Assembly: GCF_902459465.1 (NCBI RefSeq)
Contig: NC_047071.1
Coordinates: 4,340,001 to 4,404,000 of the forward strand
DNA from: Asterias rubens
Taxonomy: Eukaryota
Length of the DNA: 64,000 bases
Reading direction: 5' to 3'
In this document: positions 50,301-61,500 of the stretch, in pieces
Position numbering within the stretch: position 1 is the first letter of the stretch
Layout of the letters: each line of letters opens with the position of its first letter
Translations under genes and position numbers: made by a program
Notes under the pieces: generated by a model
What the model was told of the DNA's origin: nothing
What the model saw: the letters and a program-made list of their open reading frames with translations, nothing else
The model's database searches: none

Positions 50301-53300
50301 AGTGCACATTACAATTCTTCATATTATTATTATTATTTTGATCAATATAAACCACAAGGGAAACTGACAGGGTAAACAAAGATATTGAAAAAATAGGGAC
50401 ACCGCTAATATAGGGCTAGAGAGCTCAGTTGGTAGAGCGCCGGCACGTTAATCCGGAGGTCGTTGGTTCGAATCCCACTCTAGTCAATTTTTTGTTCAAC
50501 CCCAAAAATAAATAAAAAATTATTATTATTTTTATAACACCCAAGCAGATCCTTGCCATTTGATTGGAGGATTATCCATCACAAGATAGCAAATAAAAGT
50601 ACTATTGCTCGCTACGTCACTCGCTGTGCATAGACTGTTAAAAATTCTGAGTGAACAATCGATTCCTAATAATAATATACAAATAATGAATGTTTATGAG
50701 TGCAATGGTGTGAATATTTTCATTCGTTGAAAGGTTGAATGTTCCATTCAACTTGGCTCTGCCTCGTTGAATAGAACATTCTATCTTTCAACTCATGAAA
50801 ATATTCACACCATTGCACTCATAAACATTCATTATTTGTATATTATTATTAGGAATCGGTGGTTCACTGAGCATTTTTAAAAGTCTGCTCGTACTTGACT
50901 TTATTTTCATGACCCAGGTCTTCCTGAAGATGAAGTATCCCAACATGAGATTCCTCCAAGCTCTCTTAAACCAATCCTGAACGATGCTGAAGGTTGTTAT
51001 CAGATCGGTCCTCCTGATTCATGCACAGAAAGCTTTGTCCTGTCTGTTACCATCGCCTACGCTGCCAATCTTGCACAGGTATTTAATCATTTGTATTGGA
51101 TCTTAAACTTTATATTGATCTCAGGGCATCATTTCATGTCACTGCTGACTGTTGAATGGACCGTTCCGTCTTTCCACTAAGCTCCGCCCACCGCGCACGT
51201 GAGCAAGACACACGTACGAACACTCCCAATGACATTCTGCACGATTCTGCGTGCCAAATATCTGCGTACGCATGACCGAGTTTGTCCGACCACAATCATT
51301 GCTGTGATTGGTCAAATGGGTGAACGCGCACAGTTTGATTGATGACCGGATCGGTCCATTGTTCGCTTATGGCCAGTAGAAGTACACGGTTTATAGGGCA
51401 ACATAAGTGCAGAAGTCAATGGTAAGCATTGTCATGAAACTGGGCCCAGGTTAAAAGAGTAATCAATATGCATGCAAATCTTAGTTGGAAAGCTATGATT
51501 TAAAGGTTGTTTTTTTGGAAGAGTAAGGTCGTATCCGGGGCAATGGCTGTTCAGACTGCGGCTGTTGCTAAAGCTGTTCTCAATAAACATATTACAACCA
51601 ACCAATTGAAGTTTCACCACATTAACTGTTCAGGTTTTATTTACTGAAACTAATGAAAACGATTTAGGTTTTGTTAGAGATTTTTTTGTGATCACTTAAC
51701 TTAAATTGATAGTTTTGATTTGTGGGGATTTTCAAATGCAATTCTCTTGCCTTTGACAGTATTTCCAAAGGAAATATTTCTCTTGACGGTGAAAGTTGAA
51801 TGGTTCCTTCAGTTTATATATTAATTACTGTAAGTTTGATTTGCTTCCAGCTTGTTCCGTCCAGCATACCTCTCCCATCCAGAGACAAAGGATTCTTCTT
51901 CTTCTATTCTCTCTTTGGGAACGACGTAACCAACGAGCCTTTTCATGATCTCCTCAACCCAAGCTTCACAGCGGAGAGAGCTTCAGTGCGGCTACGTAGC
52001 AGTGTACACGCACTCCAGATGATGTTTGCAAGGGAACCAGCTCTTTCGGTGGGTAAAAATTCTTTCCCAAACTCAAGCATTATTTGAATTTCAAAGCTTT
52101 CCTCATCTTGTGACCTGGGCCCAATTTCATAAAGATGTTTTTTCTATGCGACAATTTTCTATGCGAAGCAAAAGATTTAGTGGGACACCAGTCAAAGCAA
52201 TGTAAACTTAATGTAATTTTGGCTGGTAACCACCTTCTATAAAGCAGTTTCTACCTGTGCTTAGCCAGATTGTGTGCTTACAGGCTTTATGATGTTGGGC
52301 CCTGATACTTTGTTCTTAGTAAAGAGCTGAAATATTTTCATTAAATTACCTGTTATGCTTTTCTTTTTGAATTCAAATCCTAAACAGATTCACTTGTGTT
52401 GTGGTGACCAATCACTCGGCAGTTGTGAGGTACCATGGAGCTCCATGTTAAGACCCAACAGTGACGCCATCAATCGTCAACCCCTGATCATAGAGGGCTC
52501 TTTCCATCTCAACCCACCTCTACAAGTCAGAGGTGTTTTACCACCAGGAGATAATACAGCCTGTGTAGGAGCGTCAGTTGTCTTGCGCAGAGAAGAAATC
52601 CCAATACAACCAGTTATACCAAAGGTATGACGGAAATCTGTTCCCCATATGGGAAATCAACATGGGCTTGAGGAGGAGGATTTCAAAGAGAGCGCTATCA
52701 GAAGAATTGTGTACATCGTTCACCATGTTAGCAGACAAAATCTCCTGCCACACAGGCATGCGTCTTCTCACACAATTTTAATTTTAACTCTTCAAAGTAT
52801 CTTCCACGTGGAAGTTTGCATCTATTTGTAATTGGCCCCCTTGCACAACGTGCCGCACACTTACCTGCGCCATCTTGGGAGTCAAAGTTTACATCAAGGA
52901 ATCTACTCCCAAGACAGTGGAAATGGCCGACACACATTAATATTATTAAAATCTGGCGTCAGGAGTATGACATAAAAAGGCTAATATTTTTTATTTCATA
53001 ACAATCAAGCCTTCTCTTGACTTTCCTTCAGGTACCCCCTACCTATGGAACAGCACAGCCTACCAGGACACCTCCCCACACCCCACCCCAAATCACCACC
53101 CCTCCAAAGCCTCCAATGGCGGTCCAAGGTAAAGGGAAGAAACCATCTGAGGAAGCAGCAGCCCCTCAGTGTCTGAACTCTCCAGCCGGTAGTCAAGACA
53201 GCTACACAATGCCAACAGACAGCAGTAGGACGGATGCTGATATAGGAAGCATCAAAGAGGAGGAAGCTAAGACACGAGACAAGAAAGGTCAGGAGGTCTA

Positions 53301-55549
53301 AGAGGCTTGTATGAAAACTTAAGATGAAAGATTTGTTTGTTGAAGAAATGTTTGTGGATTCTTTAAAATAAATTTGATTTTTACCTTTTCAACAATGTAT
53401 TCTCAGTACTTTCCTGAGTTCTGTTTAAAAAAATCCACAACCAAATAAGTTGAGTGGGATTCAAACCCATGTCCTTTTCATTGCTAGAGTAGATGTCTTA
53501 CCACTAGACACCTGAGCTAGCTTGATGGCTAGCGGAAGTTTTATTTCCTAGCAGTGGGTACCGCAATGGTTTAAAAAGTCCTTTTCAACAAGCATAGGAA
53601 AAACACTAAGATTTCTGTAAATCGCAACTTGCAGATGGGCCAAGACAAACTACAGCCGCACAAGATGCTCGACGGTTGCCAGACCCCAGAACACAACCCC
53701 AGCAACAACCAGTGAGAGATGAAACATCCACCTCCACCACACAGCCACATGTGATGATAGAAGCACTAGCACACCATTTCTCAATGTCCATCGATCTGCG
53801 GAGTGTAAAGAATATTGAAACAACAACCAATTTAAATATTTATTTAAGGTTGGTGTAGACTTTCGACCCGTATAACCACAAATCAATTGAAAGCTATTGG
53901 CATGCTTTATTTGACTTTGATGGGTTCAGTACTACATTTTGCAAGAACATGGCTGTTGATCCCAGGCCAGACATGTATACCACTGGGAGACTTTCTGGGT
54001 GCCAAGTAAATCCATGTTCTTGGAAATGTATACATGCTTGGATTAAGACAACTCTTAAAGAGTACCTGGGGTATTCTCCAAACCACGGCTTCAACGCCGA
54101 CTTCGGCTCGGGTTTCATCTTTAATTTGCATTTGTACGATGTATCTAACATCAAGACGGAGCCTGGAGGCGGAGCCTTAGCTTAGGTGTGGAAAAAATCC
54201 CTTGGTATGTGTGCTGCCTAGCTTCTATAAACCGCCCACTACTCTTTGCTATCTGGAGTATCATATTGAATGATTCCATGGTCATTTATTTTGCATTGCT
54301 ACCTTCCTAACCCTAGTTGACACCCATCTTCTCCCTGGCTCTGTTTACTCCCCACCAGATGTTTTACTTGATTATTTTAATCTTTCTCTAGATACCTGTA
54401 CCCCTTTTTTGGGAGTGTGTCCCCAATCCTGACGCACCCACCCATTGAGGTTCGACGTCATACAGAGGTTCTTCTTCCTCACTCGTTCTGCTCCTTCAAC
54501 CTGGCAGCGACCGTACAGCAACTTCAGGAGACGTTACTCAGGTCAGATGTCAACAATGTATTTCTCTTATTCATTATAAACATACATAGCGCATTTCTAA
54601 ATAACCGTCTCAATGCGCTTTACATTAGTGCCCTGATCATTGGGCCAATAACATTCCTTTAATCTTTCTCAGCTCCCTGGGGAGTATACAACCCGGACAA
54701 CCGTAGCACTCCAAAGGCATTTTCGTACACAATATCAACCTCTACCCCTGCAGGGACCCATTTATACCCCTGGGTAAAGAGAAGCAATTATAGTAAAGTA
54801 TCTTGCTCAAGGACACCAGTGTCACAGCCGGTACCCGAACCCAACTCCGATGACTTAACCACCAGAACTTGAATTCGCTCTGTAAAACTACAACATAAAA
54901 AAAAGTATTAATCTCATCTCTTGATATCGTTGACCATTTTCAGGGTTCCTTTACTTGTTGAGGTGTGGCATCGAGACAGGATGACTAAAGATCAGCTTCT
55001 TGGAGTCGCTAGAGTATCCCTCGCTGGAGTACTGAGGGCAGAGAAAGCAAGAATAGTGGTGAGACATTTCTTGTTTGGGTTATGGGGGGTTATGGACAGG
55101 GTTTTCCTTCAACTTTGTCAGTGACTAGCTAGCAGGACCAGGGCCCAATTTCATAGAGCTGCTTAAGCACCAAATTTTGCTTAAGCGAAAAGAAAAAGTC
55201 CTTGCTTAGTAAAATCAGATTACTGGCCAAGACTCCACTCAATTGTTATGCTAAGTAAACAACAGCTAAATACCAGTCACAAGCAATGTACATGTATATG
55301 GCATGACATTTTGGCCAGTAACATGTGTAAAATAAGCGTGCTAATTTCGTGCTTAAGCAAAATTTTTGCTAGAGCAGCTCTATGAAATTGGCCCCGATTA
55401 GCTTGCCGTTTCACTAGTTCGTCAGCTTTTTTCACAAGTCAACATTTCAATTGAAATAGGGATGCTTTTCAACACTGAACTAGCCAGTAGGACTCTGACT
55501 GTTCCTCAGGTGATTCCATCAGCGGACCACTTTAACAATAATAATAATG

Positions 55550-55583
<34 letters not shown>

Positions 55584-58500
55584 GACTTGTAATGCGCACA
55601 TATCCACCCTGCTGGGTGTTCAAGGCGCAGTAAAACCAAAAACGAAACACAACACAAAGAAAAACAGACACAACAAAATTAGTCATTGAAAACCTGTGAC
55701 AAAAAATAAGTTTTGAGAAGAGACTTGAATTTTGCGGTACAAAGACAAGATCGAAGATTAAGTGGTAGAGAGATCCAGATGGGTGGCGCGGCGGAAGAAA
55801 AAGACCTGTCACCCCATGAGTGTCGAGACTTTTAAGGGAGAACACTGAGGGAGTAAAACCTAGAGCGAGTCAAATGTTTAAAATATCTCTGTTTGTATTT
55901 TTGTTCAGCATCCCAGTGGAACTGGAGCCGAAGGAACTCGTCAAATTCACAGTGAGTCAGTAACAGCTGAGACTACATCAGACGGTAAACCTAACAGGTT
56001 GGCGGAGCTACACGTAGTACTGGGATTGGAGGATTATGGACCAATCAGGGCTCAGCAAGTTGTCTTGGGTTCAGAGGTCAGTATGTTTTCAGTTCCAGGG
56101 TCTATAAGTTATGTTCGTTTTACTCGATGAGATTGTAGGATGGTTGCACTGCCAGACTTGCAATTACAAAGTCATGGGTTCGAACCCAAAGCTGGCCAAT
56201 ATAGCCATAAAACTGTCATCGATCGTGTCAGTGCCAATACATTGTATCTCCTAAAATAGCACTTACGTTACACAGGAGTTTGAAATGTGGTTTTGGGTTA
56301 CAGGGCTAGATAGCTTAGTTGGTAGAGCACCGGCACGGTAATCTGGATAGCTTAGTTGGTAGAGCACCGGCACGGTAATCTGGACAGCTTAGTTGGTAGA
56401 GCACTGGCACGGTAATCTGGACAGCTTAGTTGGTAGAGCACCGGCACGGTAATCTGGACAGCTTAGTTGGTAGAGCACCGGCACAGTAACAGGGTTCGAA
56501 ATTAGCAGTCGCCCGGTCGCCAAATGCGAGTGAAAATAGCGGCGGGCGAGTGACAACCTTTCTCACTAGCCCCCGGGCGAGTCAAATAATTATTCCTTTT
56601 CACATATAAATGAGGGTTCAGTGGCAAAATCCCACAGAAAACTTTTACTAAAGCTTTTAAACTAGTAAGTTTGACAATTCTAGATACTTGCTAGATTTAA
56701 TTTTGCCGTGATCGGGACCGGAATTGCTGTCGTTCGTTTCAGAAAACACGTACAATCAATTGAAAACACAACGCACAAACCACATGGTGCCGATCGAGTA
56801 TCCTTACAGTACATGTACACGGTCGCCCACTGGTATGTCCATGTCCATGCAGTATGCACAGCACATACTGTACACAACACACACACAGTCGTCCAAAGTC
56901 CATTCTGACCAACACTCTGCACGCTGTGATTGGCCGTTGATGGCTTTTGATAATTCCATATTCATGATTAGACTTCAATGCAGTACACGTTCGCGAACGG
57001 AGTAAATAATTGCCGCACGTTGTGCGTAATGCCTGCAGACTGTGCACAATGTACAGCCTTGTACTGATCGTTGATTCATGAAGATTTTGTTGCAATGTTG
57101 CAACGGAGTTCAAAACATGTTCAAATCAACCGACCCCCTAACCATGAAGTCATTAAAGTTGTTGTTGATGGAAAAGGGATAGTTTAAGGTAAAAATTTAG
57201 ATATAAAATCCTCAAAAAAAAAGCAATTTTAAAGGCTTCATTTTCGTTTTTGTTGTTGAAAAGTTTGTGTTTGTAAATACATGCGGGCTAGTGAAAAAAC
57301 CTGCAAGCGATCGAGAATTGTGGTCGACTCGCCCGGCGGGCGATTGAAAAAAAAAGTTAAGGCAACCCCTGGGTAATCTGGATAGCTTAGTTGGTAGAGC
57401 ACCGGCACGGTAATCTGGATGGCTTAGTTGGCACCGGCACGGTAATCTGGATGGCTTAGTTGGCACCGGCACGATAATCTGGAGACGGAAGGTCCAAGTA
57501 CTGGTCGAGACTATTTTTCTTTGTTTACCCCCAGTTTAAATGACTTTCATGCAATGTTTGTTTTCTCTTAGGCCACATCGAGTAGTTCCACCCATCCAGT
57601 TCTCCATCATCAAGCTAGACAACCCCCTCCTCAACCTCCTTCCCCTGAGCAAGTCCCTGCCCCTGACCCCAGGGAGACAGCGGAGTATAAAGCAGCCTTA
57701 GAGCTGGAGATGTGGAAGGAGCAACATGTACGCAGCTTTGAGAGTCAGGTACAACTTTTTATCTTGCCTCAACCTCCTACATCCTCCTCTCTTGATGTCA
57801 AGACAGTTTCTTGTAGCCAAAAAAAGGACTTGTAATTTTCAGGATTCAAACTGCCTCTAGCCACCGGGTTAGCTCATTGGTCCATTGGTAAGGCATCTGC
57901 TCTAGCAATGTAAAGATTGTGGGTTTTTAGCCGATGTTATTTTACAGAACTTGGGAAGCACTGAGCATACAGTGCATACTACACATCGGTGCAAGGGTAA
58001 AGAAAATTATATTCAAAAAGTATTGAGTTTGGCAGAGCCCGAATTTTTGTAAACAAGATTTAACTAGCTGAAACGTTGAGACCAATTCAGAACTGACTCC
58101 GCGGCAGTACAGTTAATTACAATCCTATAAGCTAAAGTAGTAGTCCAGTTTATATAACACCCAAGCAGATCCTTGCCATTTGATTGGAGGATTGTCCGTC
58201 ACGTGATAGCAAATAAAAGTACCATTGCACGCTGAGTCACTCGCCGTGCTTTTTCGTTCCATCCGAAAAGTACCATTGCACGCTGGCACGCTGCCAGCGT
58301 GCAATGGTACTTTTCGGATGGAACGAAAAAGCTGAGTAAAAACATCACTGCGTGCGCGTGTCTTTGGTAACGCAGCAGGTGTTACTGCAAGAAAGCATAG
58401 TAAAATTACTAGCATTCGGCTTCTACAGTTGAAATTGTTTGTTTTGGAAGTTGTTTCTTTCAATCAAAATGACAAAGTTCTACTTGGATGTTATATAAAA

Positions 58501-61500
58501 CAAATAATGAATGTTTTTCATTCGTGCAATGGTGCGAATATGTTCATTCGTTGAAAGCTGGAATGTTCCATTCAACTCGGCTCCGCCTCGTTGAATAGAA
58601 CATTCCATCTTTCAACTCATGAACATATTCGCACCATTGCACTCATAAACATTCATTATGTGTATACTATTTTCTATACCATCTGCCCTGGTAATAGTTA
58701 AAAAGCAGGACAGTCCTTTTCAGAACTGGGAAGTCTCCCGAACCTCCGGTTATCTACTCCGCGGCAGTAAAATAAAGCAAGACAGTTCTCTAAGAACAAA
58801 CTCTACCTGGCAAGTAGATACCTACATGGTGTAACCGCAAACCAAATATCAAGCTTTAACTAGTCAAACTTGGCATTCCTTCACACATTAGTCCTTCATA
58901 TTGGACGAACATTAATATGATTGATTTTCTTCTCATCAGCTGAAAGACAAGGAGCTTCAGCATCTTAGATCTTTAACTGAAGAGTGGAAGAGGAAAGACA
59001 GAGAACGGGAGGCACTCGTCGTTAAAAAGGTGACTAGAATTAAGCAAAAAGTCTCTGATTCAAGAATCCTTCAGCAATAATTATGACTTATTGCCCAGAC
59101 TTGTTTTCAATTAGTTTCAATTTTCTTTCATTATTTCTTTTGCAACTTCGATACCTATTGGGTTCAAATTTTCACAGGTTTGTTATTTTATGCATATGTT
59201 GTTTGTAGAGTGTCATGGCCGAGTGGTTAAGAGCATCGAATTCAAGTTCTGGTGCTGATTCACCAGAGTGTAGGTTCGAATCCCGGTCGTGACACTTGTG
59301 TCCTTGAGCAAGATACTGTACTATAATTGCTTCTCTTCACCCAGGGGTATAAATGGGTACCTGCGAGGGTAGAGGTTGATATTGTGTATGAAAAAGCCAC
59401 AAGCGCCTTACAGGCAGCTCAGGGCTGTATACTCCCCAGGGAGCTGAGAAAGATTAAAGGGATGTTTATTGGCCCCTTGACCAGGGCACTAATGTTAAGA
59501 ACATTGATACGGTTATTGTGAAATGCGCTGTATAAGAATTTGTTATTATAAGAATTTGTTATTGTATGTTGGGGTACACCAGGTGAGAATACTGGTCTTT
59601 GACAACTACCAAAGGTGTTCGGTGCATTCAAAGTATATTCCTGGTTTCTCTTGATTAGCTTGAGGAGCATTCTCGTCTTGAGGATCAACTCCGTCACGCC
59701 TTTGCCGACATAGAGAAGAGAGAGCAGCAGTTAGCAGCCAATGAATCTGAAGTGATGCGTCTTCGGACTGATCTACAACGTGAACAAGAAAGACAAGTGA
59801 CTGAAATGAGGGAAGTGTCTCGACGAATGAAGGAAGATCACATCAGTCAGATGGAGATAGAGAAGTAAGCAACAAAGGGTGCATTCGTTTAGCTCCCCTG
59901 GGTCGACCCCGGTGCGTGACGTTTTTTTTTTACCAGGACGAACGTGGGTAATTATCTGCACACACTCGTCCTGGGGGGAAAAACGCCACACACCGGGGTC
60001 AACCCAGGGAAGCTAAACGAACGCACCCAATGTCAAAAGAATTTTCTCTTTAGACCAATCACAAAGATTTAAAATTTTTCTTTTGAATGGGTTACTGTTA
60101 ATTTTAGAAATTGTTGTTATTTATTTATAGTTTATGTTACGTTAAGCACAAAAAGTACAATAATATTATGCTTACCTTGAATAAGGTTACCAGCCAATGT
60201 CATGTCATATGTATCATATGTGGCTGGTATCCTGCATTTGCTAACATTGGAACCTTTATAAGCAATATTTCCTGCTGATGCTCTATGAAATTTGGCCTAG
60301 CCCATGGCTTAATCAGCTCTATGAAATTGGGTCCAGAATAGTCTACGGTACATATATGTTGTTTGTTTTTAAGTGTTGTTATATTTATTGCATATTTGAC
60401 AAGCTTTTATTGTATCCCAAAAAATTACAGATGATTTGTCTTATACTTATCTTGTTTTTCAGAGACAAAAGAAAACCCATGTGCCCTTGGAGGCTAAATA
60501 TATGTGTATTTATGATGCAAAAAAAAACTATAATTCTTCTACCTTCCTGTCTAGGTCAAAGGTCAGACTCCTTGAAGAGGAGAAACAACATTTGTCTAAG
60601 CTGTTATCCCAGAGTCAGACTCAACTCCAGGAGAAAGATCGTGAGTTTCAGACCTTCAGAGATCAGCTGAACAACAAACCAGAGATCAGGCTGCAGTCCG
60701 ACCTGAGTTTACTTACTCTGGAAAAGGTGATTATCCAATGACGTGGAAGATCCCTTGATTATTCAGGATTATCCCTAAGAGAGGTTTGCGGTAGCACCAT
60801 GTGAAAATCTCTATTGAGTTGTGTTGGTTTTCTGAAAAGAACCGGTGGTTAGAATTAACACTACTCAAAAGAGAAGAGAGATATTCACATGGTGTTACCG
60901 CAAACCTCTCTTAGTGTTTTAAAAGTTTGTTTACTAAAACTTCTAAGCAGTTCTACTAAACAAATGTGTAAGCCTTTTTTTTTATTATAAATTTGTGACA
61001 TAAATTATGTGTAGCATTGATTTTTGATTGGCCAATTAATCATCCAATAGGTGGAGCTGGAGAGGAAACTTGAGTCAGTCACCAAATCTAAGATTCACTA
61101 CAAGCAGCAGTGGGGTCGCGCCTTGAAGGAACTAGCGAGACTCAAACAACGGGAACAGAGCGAGGCCAAGGCAAGGTTGAAACGAGAACAACAAGAACTG
61201 GAGCATATGAGATTGAGGTATCTAGCTGCTGAGGAGAAGGAGGTTGTCAAATCGGAGAGACAACAATTAGATGAAATCAAAGGAGAGCTGAATAGGTGAG
61301 AAGAGTTTTCATATCTTGTGGTAGAGTCCAACTTAGCACGTCTTATTTTGGACAGAGATGTCTTATTGAAGACAGGAGTTTATAGTTGAGCTAGGTTCAT
61401 ACTTCCTGTGAATGCAAATGCGATACAAACTTTGACATTTCAAATTCGCAAACTGTTGAAATGTGTTCAACTCCTGCGAAACATTCACTTTGTAAATAGC

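Noticed and set aside
50414-50486. Functional tRNA-Asn(GTT) gene
   Set aside because: It lacks U8 and U33, has anticodon- and T-stem mismatches, and belongs to a dispersed SINE-like family.
56311-56489. 37-bp repeats of CRISPR-like length (also the 52-bp and 67-bp arrays)
   Set aside because: Units are contiguous with no unique spacers, derive from tRNA or MITE sequence, and lie in eukaryotic introns with no cas genes.
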